From assembly GCF_006345805.1 (NCBI RefSeq), contig NC_043021.1, positions 15,252,001 to 15,316,000 on the forward strand: DNA of 64,000 nt. Direction: 5' to 3'. The translations under genes were made by a program, and so were the position numbers. Below the pieces are notes generated by a model that saw only the letters and a list, made by a program, of their open reading frames with translations, made no database searches and was not told the DNA's origin. Below are positions 25,041 to 38,026 of this stretch, piece after piece; within the stretch, counting starts at the first letter, position 1, and each line of letters begins with the position of its first letter. The stretch comes from Octopus sinensis. Lineage: Eukaryota.

Positions 25041-25781
25041 AAGCGCTATATACTTGACCAAGAAATCTGAATGGTAAAGGGTTAAACCGTCCAACCCATG
25101 CCAGCATGGAAAACCGACGATGATCATGATGACTGATGTGTTGTAAGTGATCACAACTAGAGTGTCTTTGACTGTAGATCTGCCTGATCAGGGTTAAACT
25201 GGGGCTAGACAATGCCATTAACAACAACTGTAACAACACCTAGAAATGATTATATAAAACATAGTGGTTTTTTCTCATCTGTTCATTGATTTATTATCTT
25301 TTCTCACCTGTAATTTGGTTAATTTTCCCACCAGAGGGTCTAGTCTTATTGTTTATTGATTAATTAGCAGGGAATTAGTTTTATTTGATTTGTTCCAGAA
25401 GCAAGTGACCAAATTTATCGTGCGTGTGTGTGTGTGAGTATGTATGTGTATTCTTTTTATTCTTTTACTTGTTTCAGTCATTTTGACTGTGGCCATGCTG
25501 GAGCACTGCTTTTAGTTGAACAAATCGACCCGAGGATGGGCTGGACAGTTTAACCCTTTACCATTCAGATTTCTTGGTCAAGTATATAGTGTTTACTCTT
25601 TTACTCCTTCACTCGTTTCGGTCATTTGGCTGCAGCCATACTGGAGCACCACCATTAGTCAAACAAATCAACACCAGGATTTATTCTTTGCAAGTCATTT
25701 TTGTCGAACCGCAAAGTTACGGGGACGTAAACACACCAACATTGGCTGTCAAGCGATGATGGGCGTAACAAACACACAAAC

Positions 25782-25840
<59 letters not shown>

Positions 25841-26543
25841 GATGGGCTTCTTTCAGTACTTATTCTATCGGGCTCTTTTGCTGAACCGCCAAGTTTTGGG
25901 AACGTAAACGCATCAACATCTGTGTATGTATGTGTGTGTTTGTATACTTCCCTCTCTCCTCCTCACCAGCCTGGGAAGTCCCGTCATGGGTACAACCGTC
26001 TCTCAAAACTAAAAGATTATATAAGACTACCTTTCTCTTTATAAATGTCCTATCAATTTCACACAGCCTTGGTTTTGTTGTCTCATTTTACCCCCCCCCC
26101 CCTACACATATGTATGAGTATACACATACACCCATGTGTATTATATAATATATGTGTGTGTATGTATATATATTTGTATTCATATTCTTGATCAAATTTA
26201 ATAGATTCCCTTCTGCTGCCCTCTTCTTTACACTTGGTACCAATTTTAAGGTGACCTTTCAATTGCATTCAACAGGGAAATGGTTTTTAGTTTTTTTTTT
26301 TTATTTCTTTGCAAACCATTTCAGGGAAAGATAACGAGGCTCTTAAGTAATTAACACCAGAGGTGTGAACATACTGTTTCCACATCATAATTGTTTATCA
26401 CCTTTCTTATAAAAGCTGTGAGAATAAGTATGAACAATTTAGTTATTGTTTAACCCTAGGTCAGGTTTTAACTCAGCATATACATATGATGATGATTATA
26501 TATAATATTATATTAATATATTATTATATATATATGTATGTGT

Positions 26544-26800
26544 GGAGGCGCATGGCTTAGTGGTTAGGGTGTCAGCATGATGATCGTAAGATTGTGGTTT
26601 CGATTCCTGGACCGGGCGACGCGTTGTGTTCTTGAGCAAAACACTTCATTTCACATTACTCCAGTCTACTTGACTGGCAAAAATGAGTAACGCTGCGATG
26701 GACTAGCGTCCTGTCCAGCTGGGGAACACATATGCCATTGAAACCGGGAAACCGGGCCTGTGAGCCTGGCTAGGCTTTAAAAGGGCACATTTATTTATTT
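26544..26800 (+). mobile_element. tRNA-derived SINE family B (B1 tail)
   Basis: TGGCTTAGTGG A-box, GTTTCGATTCC B-box, TTCTTGAGCAAAACACTT central motif, GCGATGGACTAGCGTCCTGTCCAG, (TTTA)n tail. Confidence 0.85.
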
Positions 26801-27511
26801 TTATATATGTATGAGCCATCATTATTTGAACGTTCATTTTTTCATGCTTGCATGGGTCGGATGGAGTATATTGAGGCAGATTGTCTATGCTTGGATGCCC
26901 TTCCTGTTGCCAACACTAACCTGTGTCTAAACAAAGAAATATTTCGCTGAATTTTGAAAATGAATGGCATTCATTTACAATAATCATGTGATGTCAAGAC
27001 AGAAATACTTGAACATATACATGCTTCCACATACATACATATATAAATGTGTGTGTGAGTCTGAGTATATAGACAGATAGATATGCACACACACACATTT
27101 ACACATGATGGGTTTTACCTAAGGTGCCATGCAGTGGGATTGAACTTGAAACAATGTAGTTGGGAAGCAAACTTCTTAAACACACACAGCCATGCCTGCA
27201 CCTAATATCATTAGGAAGGTATCCAGCTGTAGAAACCATGTTAAAACAGACGACTGGTTCTTGGTGCAGTCCTCTAGTTTCTGTCAATCTGTCCGACCCA
27301 TGCTAACATTGAAAATGGACATTCAGTGATAATGATGATGACGATGACGATGACGACCTGGTCCGTTTTTGCGACTGTAAGACTACACTGGCCGATGTGC
27401 CCTTCCTTCTTCAAGCCAGAAGTATGATATGAGGGTAATTAGCTGTTGTTTCTAGCCATTTAAAGCCCACGTCTCATTAACCGTTTGCAATGTTAGTAGT
27501 AATGTCTTAAC

Positions 27512-27832
27512 AAGGGCTTGCCAACCTGTGGCCCGAGGGCCGTATGTGGCCTGCAGACTTTTATCTTGCAGCCCACTTGATACTTTCTTGAAATGGGTTT
27601 ATTTAAACAAATGTTTTTAAAGTTTTATCAAAAATTCAAGATTGTAATGAAAAAGCAAGATACTACTGTTTTTGTAACGATATTTCCTGTTGAATCAACG
27701 ATCATTCATTCATTATTGTAATAACAGCATGAGAAAGCAAAATGCTTTCAGTTCTGTCAATATACAAGTGGCCCTCAAAAATCCTTCTGTGATTAAAGTG
27801 GCTCGCAATATAATTCAAGTTGACCAGGCTTG
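27512..27832. mobile_element. hAT-like MITE
   Basis: Imperfect TIRs AAGGGCTTGCCAAC/GTTGACCAGGCTTG; 8-bp flanks GTCTTAAC/GTTTTAAC; internal GTGGCCC subterminal motifs. Confidence 0.7.
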
Positions 27833-28745
27833 GTTTTAACTGTTATCTCCTAAATTCCACTTAGAAGGAATAAATATGATAATTGCAAAAGATAATAATG
27901 ATAATCCTTTCTACTAAAGGCACGAAGCCTGCAGTTTTGGGGGAGGGGAGCAGTTGATTACACCGACCCTAGTGCATAACTGGTACTTAATTTATGGACC
28001 CTGAAAGTATGAAAGGCAAAGTTGATCCTGGTGGCATTTGAACTCAGAGCATGAAGATAGATGAAATACTGCTAAACATTTCACCGGGTGTGCTAACGAT
28101 TCTGCCAGCTCACAACCTTTGTAATAATGATAATAATAATAATGATGATGATGATGATGATGGTTTCAAATTTTGGCACAAGGCTGGAATTTTTAGGGGA
28201 GGGTGTAAGTTCAACCCCATGTGCTCAACTGATACTTATTTTATCAACCCTGATAGAATAAAAGGCAAAGTTGACCGTGGCAGGCTTTGAATGTTCAACA
28301 ATAACAATAATAATGATAATACTTATGCTAAAAAAAATAATGATAACAGCAACAACACTGAGAATGATAAAGGAAATTATCCGATCGATAAAGCAAATCT
28401 TTTACTATGAAATTACTTCTGTCTTATTTTTCATTTCATTTTATATATATCTTATACATCTATATATTTAAAAAAAAATCAGACTTGCTGGTATTGATTT
28501 CATTGTCTATTAGCACCTCTTTGTAGTTTTCTGCAATTATTGGTTGTCTGTAGTAGGTGATAGCATTTCTTACCATTTTTCTAAAAATTCCAAGTTCAAC
28601 TGTTGGTAAATGGTGTAATATACAAAAACATTCAGTGAATTGGTTTTGTTACTAAAATAATTTTGCCTTGAAGTGTTGGTTCCATCAGTAAATTGCTATT
28701 TATTTGGTTGTATGTATTTCTGTATATGTGTGTGTATATGTGTGT

Positions 28746-28962
28746 GCAGAAATGTTAGCACGACGGGCGAAATGCGTAGCCCTATTTCGTCTGCTGTTAT
28801 GTTCTTAGTTCAAATTCCGCCAAGGTCGACTTTGCTTTTCATCCTTTCGGGGTCAATAAATTAAGTACCAGTTACGCACTGGGGTCGATGTAATCGACTT
28901 GATCCGTTTGTCTGTCCTTGTTTGTCCTCTCTGTGTTTAGCCCCTTGTGGGTAGTAAAGAAA
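28746..28962 (+). mobile_element. SINE A1, 5'-truncated
   Basis: Matches the A1 consensus; tail runs into (TA)n. Confidence 0.85.
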
Positions 28963-29229
28963 AATATATATATATATATATATATGTAAAAAGCACCCAC
29001 TACACTCAAGGAGTGGTTGGCGTTAGGAAGGGCATCCAGCCGTAGAAACACTGCCAGATTTGACTGGACCTGATGAAACCTTCTGGCTTCACAGACCCCA
29101 GTAGAACCATCCAACCCATGCTAGCATGGAAAACGGACGCTAAACGATGATGATGATGATAATGTATATATTATTTCGTAATGAGATAAAAAAACCAAGG
29201 CTGTGTAGATTTTAGAATATTTATTGATA

Positions 29230-29272
29230 GGTCTTACAGCTGTTTCCAGGATATTATATCCCTTCATCGGAT
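29230..29272 (-). ncRNA. Degenerate hammerhead-like motif, same family as 8417-8506
   Basis: Minus strand: CCGATGA-AGGGATA-TAA-TATCCTG-GAAAC-AGCT-GTA-AGACC. Shares GAAACAGCTGTAAGAC exactly with the 8417 copy; core U>C change and no stem I pairing. Confidence 0.45.
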
Positions 29273-29848
29273 ATATACATATACCAGGGTAAGCACATAA
29301 ATGTGAAACAAGGTGGGAAAAATAGTACTCAAATACCAGAGGTAGAGTAAGCGCTTTATTAATAAAGTTGCAAAGACATCATAAAACAAAAAACATGTCT
29401 TTGCAGCTTTATTAATAAAGTATATATATATATATATATACCACACACACTCACATAAATGTATATATATATGTATGTATATGTATGTATATACTTGTCA
29501 TACTCAGCAAATTTTATATCACTTATATAATATTGTGTTGTCTGTATCCATTTCTTTGGATAGTCTTTGGTAATGTTATTCTGAGAATAACAAGGTGTGG
29601 TTAGAAGCTTGATTTCCAATGACATGGTAGCAGGTTCAGACCCACTGTATGGCACCTTGGGCGGTGTCTTCTACCAAGTAAATAATTTTTGGTGTTAACA
29701 TGATGTGATTTGAATTTTTTCTTCTACGGAAGGAAGAGCTAGCCTTCTTCTATCATATTCTCAATTTTGGTCAACTTGCGCCGCAGGGTCTCGAAGGAGA
29801 TAGTGTTAGTTGAAGGCTACCAAACCTGCCATACACAGACAACTTCAG

Positions 29849-29907
<59 letters not shown>

Positions 29908-30323
29908 CATACATTCCTTTCAATGAATCAAATGTGTCTTTCGATTCATTGGAAAGAAAGAAAAATGACTATCGAAGCAATTACATTGTAAGCGAAGTGT
30001 CTTGATAGCCATTTAAAGCACATCTACTGTTGTTACACTGAGTTTCATTGAAATGTCTCCACAGCATTGTCAAAATCTATAACCTAGTTTCTGACTTTAA
30101 ACTGATGTACTGTGGAATTGTGTTAGTGAGCAGGTGGTAGATGTAGGTTTGAATCATTTTGACACTCTATAGTCTATACAAATACCATTGAAATAGACAA
30201 CATGTGTGTGTCTGTGTGTGTGTGTTGAGGACTTATATGACTGTTCCACAGATATAACTATTTCAGATTCAATACTTAATCCTTCTCAGATCAAGTCACC
30301 TAACCTGGCACATACAACTCTGA

Positions 30324-30353
<30 letters not shown>

Positions 30354-30356
<3 letters not shown>

Positions 30357-30855
30357 GTCGGCGAGCTGGCTGAATCGTTAGCATGCTGGCCGAAATGCTT
30401 AGCAGTATTTCATCTGTCGGTACGTTCTGAGTTCAAATTCCGCTGAGGTTGACTTTGCCTTTCATCCTTTCGGGGTCGATAAATTAAGTACCAGTGAAAC
30501 ACTGGGGTTGATGTCATTGACTATTCCCCTCCCCGCCAAATTTCACGTCTTGTGCCTTTAATAGAAAGTATTATTATTATTCTTAAGGCAGTGTAAGGCA
30601 GCGAGCTGGCAAAACTGTTAGCATGCTGGACAAAGTACAGTGAGCTTTCAGACTTGTTAGGGTACTGGGAAAATGCTTAGTGACATTTGTTCTGGCTCTT
30701 TACATTGTGGGTTCAAATCCTGTCAAGATTAACTTTGTCTTTCATGCTTTCAACTCGTTGAAATAAAGTACATGAATTGCATCAAGTACTGGGGTCAATG
30801 TAACCTACCACAACCACCTCAAAATAGCTGACCTTGCACTAAATTTAAAAACAAT
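30354..30855 (+). mobile_element. Two SINE A2 copies head-to-tail at (ATT)n
   Basis: (ATT)n-A2-(ATT)n-A2 arrangement. Confidence 0.8.
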
Positions 30856-31059
30856 ATTGTCTTTTCCTTTTAAATTTTCTTTTATCCCTCTGCACAGTAC
30901 TCCTTTCTTTTTGCATTTTTTTAAAGCTACCATTCTTCTGGCTTTCCCATTCTGAAGATCATATTTTGTTTGATTCATTTCTAGCATAGGTACAAGATTA
31001 CAAACTTTGTCTGAAGGTTATATAGCACATATTTGTTTTGTATATATATTTTGTGCTTT

Positions 31060-31640
31060 TCTTGTTTCAGTCAGTGGACTGTGGCCATGCTGGGGCACTA
31101 CTTTGAAGGGTTTAGTTGAACAAATTGAACCCAGTACTTATTTTTAAAGTCTGGTTCTTATTCTGTCAGTTGAAACAGTAAGTTATTGAGAACACAAACA
31201 AACCAACACTGGTTATCAAGCAGTGGTGGTGGGAACACAAACACAATGGTGCACACTCACTTATACTATAGGCTACCTCACAGTTTTTTATTTCTTTATT
31301 GCCCACAAGGGCTATACATAGAGGGGACAAACAAGGACACACAAAGGGATTAAGTCGATTACATCGACCCTAGTGCATAACTGGTACTTAATTTATCGAC
31401 CCCAAAAGGATGAAAGGTAAAGCCAACCTTGGCAGAAATTGAACTCAGAACGTAACGGCAGATGAAATACTGCTAAGCATTTCGCCCGGCATGCTAACGC
31501 CCGACTACCTCACAGTTTCTGTCTACCAAATTCACTCACAAGGCATTGGTCAGTCTGAGTCTATAGAAGACACTTGCCCAAGATACTGTGTGATGAGACT
31601 GAGCCCCAAACCACAGGGTTGCAAAGCAAGCTTCATAACT
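31060..31640 (-). mobile_element. Old SINE C split by SINE A1 (31285-31500)
   Basis: TSD CTACCTCACAGTTT on both sides of the A1 copy. Confidence 0.8.
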
Positions 31641-32448
31641 ACACAGCCATACTTATTTCTCAGCCCTGGAAGCACAAAATGCTTTAAGCTATCTCTGTAA
31701 AATTTGAGCTCAGTGAAACTGCGTCAACTAAATATCATCGAACATTCTGTCCAGTACTTGACCAATTTTCATACCAATCTACTGACCCCTCACATTATCT
31801 CACTCGACTGACAATCCATTCAATGTCTCACCCACACCAACTCCCCCCTCAACACCAGCACGTGACACCAAAGTATTTCAAGCAAGTCTACGACAATATG
31901 CTCATTCATCTGATTATCATTGGCTGTACGCTTTACCATTTCTATTGATATAGAGAATCAAACGCAAACTACACACAGGCTACACTGATATCCTTTTAGA
32001 ACTATGACAAAGCGTGTGTGTGTGTGAATGGTTAAGGGTTAGGCTTGCGATTATATTTTTTTAAGCTATAACTTAACACCTAAATCATTTCTGCTCCGTA
32101 CTAATTTATTTGATAGCTATAATCACTAATTGCTATTAAATTGCGAGGTCAAGGACAGTGTTATATAAAACGGCTTGCCGATTTAATCTATTCTGTCTTT
32201 CGCCGCTGTTATTAATCATTTGTTACCAAATGCAAGGCTTTGTATTTTGTTTTATTTTATTTCATTTTATTTTGCAGCTTACATAATAAACTTTATAGAA
32301 AAATGTAGATATTTTTAATCTGATTGTTTTAATTCCAGTATCTATTACATATTACAAATACGGATTTGTCCCTCCATTCCTGGCTGTATCATTAGTGAGG
32401 ATGGAAAAAGTCTAGTTTTATAAAAAAAATTTTTTGTTTGTGTGTTAT

Positions 32449-32864
32449 TCTCTTTTTCTCTTTTCTCTTTTACTTGTTTCAGTCATTTGACTGCGGCCAT
32501 GCTGGAGCACCACCTTTAATCGAGCAACTCGACCCCGGGACTTATTCTTTTGTAAGCCCAGTACTTATTCTATCGGTCTCTTTTGCCAAACCGCTAAGTG
32601 ACGGGGACGTAAACACACCAGCATCGGTTGTCAAGCAATGCTAGGGGGACAAACACAGACACACAAACACATACACACACATATGTATATGTACATATAT
32701 ACGACGGGCTTCTTTCAGTTTTCGTCTACCAAATCCACTCACAAGGCATTGGTTGGCCCGGGGCTATAGCAGAAGACACTTGCCCAAGATGCCACACAGT
32801 GGGACTGAACCTGGAACCATGTGGTTGGTTAGCAAGCTACTTACCACACAGCCACTCCTACACC
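32449..32864 (-). mobile_element. SINE C, full length, flanked by ~135-bp direct repeats
   Basis: Flanks 32302-~32440 and 32866-~33000 differ by about two substitutions and small indels. Confidence 0.9.
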
Positions 32865-34563
32865 TAATGTAGATATTTTTAATCTGTTTTAATTCCAATA
32901 TCTATTACATATTACAAATACGGATTTGTCCCTCCATTCCTGGCTGTATCATTAGTGAGGATGGAGAAAGTCTAGTTTTATAAAAAAATTTTTTTCGCTT
33001 GTTTGTTATGGAGAAGTTATATTTTTTTTGTTTGTTTGCTTCAGTCATTGGGCTGTGGCTATGCTGGGGCACTGCCTTGAAGTATTTAGTCAAACAAATC
33101 ATTCTCAATATTTACTTTTAAGTCTGGTACTGTTTTTATTGATCTCTTTTCTTGAACTGCTTGGTTACGAGGTGGGAGACAAACCAGATCAAAGGCACAC
33201 ATGTGCATGCACGTGATGGGTTTCAACACAGTTTCTGTCTGCCAAATTCATGCACAAGGCATTGTTTGGCCTGGAGCTATATTTGAAAGCACTTGTCCAA
33301 GATGCTGCACAGTAGGACTGAACCCCAAACCCCAGGATTGCAAAGCAAGCTTCTTAACCACTCAGCTATGCCTGTATCTATATACATGTTACAGTCATCT
33401 CTACAGATTTTTTATAAAAATTACAGTCAACACTGATTTTGTTACGATGTTTCATACATGCAAAGCATCAGTTGTAAACAATGAAATTGAAGATGAAAAA
33501 AATGGATAATGAGCACGTATGCCGTATTTTAGGAATTTTTGCTCCTTTGTTAACATCCATCGAACCCATTAATTATTCACAAACTCATTGCTTAAATGGC
33601 CCCTATATATAGCAGTGTAACGTTTGACATCTTGGATACAAAACAACAACAACATCATCATCATCATCATTGTTTAACATCCGTTTTCCATGCTAGCATG
33701 GGTTGGACGGTTTGACCGGGGTCTGGGAAGCTAGGAGGCTGCACTAGGCTCCAGTCTGATCTGGCAGCGTTTCTACAGCTGGATGCCCATCCTAACGCCA
33801 ACCACTCCGTGAGTGTAGAGGGCACTTTTTACGTGCCACCAGCATGGGCCAGAGGAGGCTGGCAACGTCCACGATCGGTTGGTGCTTTTTACGTGCCACC
33901 GGCATGGATGCCAGTCAAGGCGGCGCTGTAAATGGAAACATTTTAATAAAATCATTGCTGGCTATAATAACTATAGAAAATTTGTAGAGACGACCTTAAC
34001 ATGTGATTTAAATGCACTGCTAACACAATAGTACATAGTACTTGACTTATAAAAATGTTTCATATACTTCGTAGCATATTATAGTTGCATAATAGACTAC
34101 ATTGTGCCTACAAGTCATTAATATGTAATCTCTAGATGTGATCCTTCTGCTAAGAGTCTTGAGCAATTTTTTTTTCATCTAATTGAGTGCTAAAATTGGA
34201 TGATTAAAAAGCTTTGACTTAATTAAATGGTTTAATGCTACAACAGGACGTTCACCTTTTGATAATTAATGAAAATGTCATGGTCTAACCTCAGAGCAAC
34301 CCTGAATGAGTAGGTCTACAATGAGAGGCATTCATTCTAGTCATCTCAATCTCATCTTTCTTAGACTCTAGTGTATCTAGGAGTGCCTTATCTGATGTGT
34401 GCTGCTACTTTTTAAGGCCGACTTAACTGCTTTGAAGGGACACTTTAATTGCTGGAAATAGCAGTTAAGTCTCCCACAAACCATATACTATACCTTCTTT
34501 AATTTTTGATTCTCACCCACTTGAGGCCACCCATGGGTCTGTGATAGAAACTTTGTATTTTAA

Positions 34564-34782
34564 CCCTTTAGTGTTCAGATTATTCTATCAAACATAATGC
34601 TAATTGATTCCAATTGATTTGAATTAATCCTGCATTATCTCATATCTTCAAGATCTTGATGGTGTAATTACTTAATGTAGAATAACATTGTAGGGTAGGT
34701 GTGAAGGCCTGGATCTGGTCAGTTTGAACATAAAACAGATTAAATATTTTGGCCGGATATGGCCGGTTTAAATACTAAAGGG
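34564..34782. mobile_element. piggyBac-like MITE P1 inserted in the internal TTAA of a P2 copy
   Basis: TTAA at 34560-63 and 34783-86; flanks rejoin to the P2 sequence ...TTTAAAGTGATCTAAATTAAAAC seen intact at ~11985. Confidence 0.85.
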
Positions 34783-34892
34783 TTAAAGTGATCTAAATTA
34801 AAACTTCCATAAAAATTTCATGTTATCTGAAGTTGCAATTAAGTTATTTTACTGAATTCTTCATAATTTTAATCAGTTATATTGAAACAAAA

Positions 34893-35210
34893 AACGTTGG
34901 GCTCACAATCATGAGGTAGTGAGTTCAATTTCTGGACTGGGCTGTGTGTTGTGTTCTTGAGCAAGACACTTTATTTCACATTGCTCCAGTTCACACAGCC
35001 ATAGAAATGAGTTGTGACATCACTGGTGCCAAGTTGTATCAGCTTTTGCCTTTCCCTTGGATGACATCAGTGGCGTAGAGAGGTGAGGCTGGTATGCATG
35101 GCTGGTCTTCCATAAACAACCATGCCTGGATTTGTGCCTTGGAGGGGAACTTCCTAGGTGCAATCCCATGGTCATTCATGACTGAAGGGGCTCTTTACCC
35201 TTTTCTCTTT
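34893..35210 (+). mobile_element. SINE family B (B2 tail), 5'-eroded
   Basis: TGTTCTTGAGCAAGACACTT motif; tail CTAGGTGCAATCCCATGGTCATTCATGAC; full-length antisense copy at 49715-50043. Confidence 0.8.
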
Positions 35211-35493
35211 TACTTGGGCACACACACTTACACACACAGGCGCACACGCTCTGTAGCATGTGGCGACTGTCTAATTAAGACACTTTTTTATTTGTTTTCC
35301 CCTCCCTTCTCTCTACTTATGTATTATTTTCATAGGAAAGCATGTGCTCAAAATGTCAAAGACCTCTTCCAATTTTCCCCGAACATCAACCTTATACACC
35401 CTGTTTTTTGACCTTGTCTTGATGTTTTTATTTTTGTACTATATATAGTATTATATCTATCTACCTTCCTACCTATCTATCATCTATCTATCT

Positions 35494-35528
<35 letters not shown>

Positions 35529-35903
35529 GGCACAGGAGTGGCTATGTGGTAAGTAGCTTGCTTACCAACCACATGGTTCTGGGTTCATTCCCACTGTGTG
35601 GCACCTTGGGCAAGTGCCTTCTACGACAGCCTAGGGTGAACCAAAGCCTTGTTAGTGGATTTGGTAGACAGAAACTGAAAGAGGTCTGTCATATGTGTGT
35701 GTGTCTGTGCTTGTCCTCCCCACCATCGCTTGACAACCGATGTTGGTGTGTTTACATCCCCATAACCTTGTGGTTCGGCAAAAGGCTCCAATAGAATAAG
35801 TACTAGGCTTACAAAGCAAAAGTCCTGGGCTTGATTTGTTCGAATAAAAGCAGTGCTCCAGCACGGCTGCCGTCAAATGACTAAAACAAGTAAAAGAATA
35901 GAA
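35529..35903 (+). mobile_element. SINE C in sense orientation within (TA)n
   Basis: Head GGCACAGGAGTGGCTATGTGG to tail AACAAGTAAAAGAATAG. Confidence 0.88.
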
Positions 35904-35972
35904 TATATACATACATACATATATAAAAGAATAGAATATATACATACATATGTATATAAAAGAATAGAATAT

Positions 35973-36041
<69 letters not shown>

Positions 36042-36989
36042 TTAAACTGAAACTGATGAAAGCATCAATGATAGTGATGATGACGCTTATACTGTCACCT
36101 ATAACTATTTAATCAATTATTATTTATCTCGGTACTTTCTCTTCTACGTTCTCCATCGCACTTCTTTTCTTTTTTCTAATCCTCTTTCTCTCTTTCCCCT
36201 CCATTTTTGTCTCTTAGGAAACTTGCTTTTTTTTCCTTTATCGTTTATCTTTTATCCTTCCTTTCTTTCTTTCTTTCTGGTTTTCTCAAGAACTAAGTTA
36301 CCTTGTTGATGTTTTGAACTTTCCTTACCCCTCATATCTCACGTGCACCTAATGATCCAAAAGATCTTCTTTCGCCTCCTCCTTCTCATCATCATCATCA
36401 TCATCATCACTGTCCTCCTCCTCTCTTCATTGCATTATTCCTCATTTGCTTCTCTGTTTTTCTGAAGAACATACACGCCAAAAAAAAAAAAAAAAAAAAA
36501 AAAAAACCAGAAAAGCAAAGAAGAATAGAAATGATTTTTTGAAACCTGCACAATGCAACTTGCCATTTTGCATAAATACTGAAAGAAGTCTAAATAGTGG
36601 TTAACTAATTCACTTTTCTTTGTCTTCTCTTTCTTTCCCTTTCTCTTTACATGATGCCGGCGCTTGGTATTGTTTGGTATATGGTCGGTTTCCTTATCTC
36701 CTTTCACTTGCTATCTGTCTCCTAGGTAACGGAAACATTCTGCCATATTTTTTTTTTTTTATATTTCTGTTTAACGTACTAAATCATGATGATGACAACC
36801 ATTGCCATCATCATCGTCGTCATCGTCTCATCATTTCTTTGAGTTGTTAATTCAAGCAACTGCTTTTTATTGGTGGATCTTTGGATGGGTAACTTGTCTG
36901 AAGATGTATTCAACAGTCTTTCTTTCCTTCCTTTTTTTCTTCTTTTTTCTCCTCAGCCTCCTCTTCGCCACTATCACACTACCACTTAC

Positions 36990-37047
36990 CTGAGTGTACA
37001 GTTACGTTTAAACAAGATTAACAATATCCATACACACTTAATCAAAG
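36990..37047 (-). other. Candidate internal exon (58 bp)
   Basis: Minus-strand acceptor TTCACTTTCTTTCCTATTTAG and donor CAG|GTAAGT. One open frame: xLIKCVWILLILFKRNCTLx. May be a UTR or lncRNA exon. Confidence 0.35.
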
Positions 37048-37083
37048 CTAAATAGGAAAGAAAGTGAACATGTTTTTAAACTA

Positions 37084-37272
37084 CAGGCTGGCCCAAAAGA
37101 AGGTTTACATTCATATATGAACAGTTTAGATCTTAATTATAAAAATATATGAAACCATTATTCTGTGCAAATTTAGTTAATAGTAAGATAGAAATTTAAA
37201 TGTAATAAAATGTTTTAAAAGAAATTTAAAGTGCCTACGTGATAACTGTAAACCTACTTTTGGGCCACCCTG
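37084..37272. mobile_element. Tc1/mariner-type MITE
   Basis: 26-bp TIRs (2 mismatches) CAGGCTGGCCCAAAAGAAGGTTTACA/TGTAAACCTACTTTTGGGCCACCCTG; TA on both sides. Confidence 0.9.
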
Positions 37273-37762
37273 TATATTTATTTTATTTTATCTAGTTTCA
37301 GCTCACGAGCTGTGGCCATGCTGGGGCACCGCCATATAATATATATATATATATATATGTTTGTGTGATTATATATATACACACACGCACCCAGGGTGCA
37401 GTGAATATAATGTTGTCTAAAGTCCGCAAAACTGAAAATAGCTCTGATATCTCATTTGAATAGATATATTTACTAAAATTACATAAAAGTATTTGGGAAA
37501 ATTGTTGATAATGGTTGTCTCCATTGCTTTTGAGCTGTTGGAAATGAGTGTAATAGGGACAGTATTTGCTGGGTTCAGTGAGGGTTACCCATTGTTTGGA
37601 AATAGGGTACGCTATTGTATGTTTCTTAAGATCAGGTCAAGTCACCATTGAGAGAGAGAGAGAGATGAGGATAGGGTGTGTGTTTTATTGAGAGTAATTT
37701 GGAAGAGCTTTTGTCCAGGCCAGTGGTCATGGATTTGCTGAATCCAGAGATGATCTCTATGT

Positions 37763-38026
37763 CAGTGGTTCTCAACCATATTTTGCCTATGATCCCCTTT
37801 TATTCATATTTTGCCTTACTGGTTCCCCTAGCCATTCAATGTTTAATAAATCCCCATTATATTTTAATAATCAAATATACTGGGAATGATATCAAAAAAT
37901 TATTATATTTTGTATATTGTAGAAGTATCACCAGTTTATTACATATAAATTTTAACAACAACGTCTTATATGCCCCCCCCCCACCTCCTTGCAAAGGGTC
38001 ATGCGGACCCCAGTTGAGAACTATTG
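37763..38026. mobile_element. hAT (Charlie-like) MITE
   Basis: TIRs CAGTGGTTCTCAAC/GTTGAGAACTATTG; internal similarity to 57391-57832; TSD only partly conserved. Confidence 0.75.

Noticed and set aside
26544-26620. tRNA-like sequence
   Set aside because: SINE head: continues into a repeat body with no acceptor stem or terminator; the same applies to the other SINE heads.
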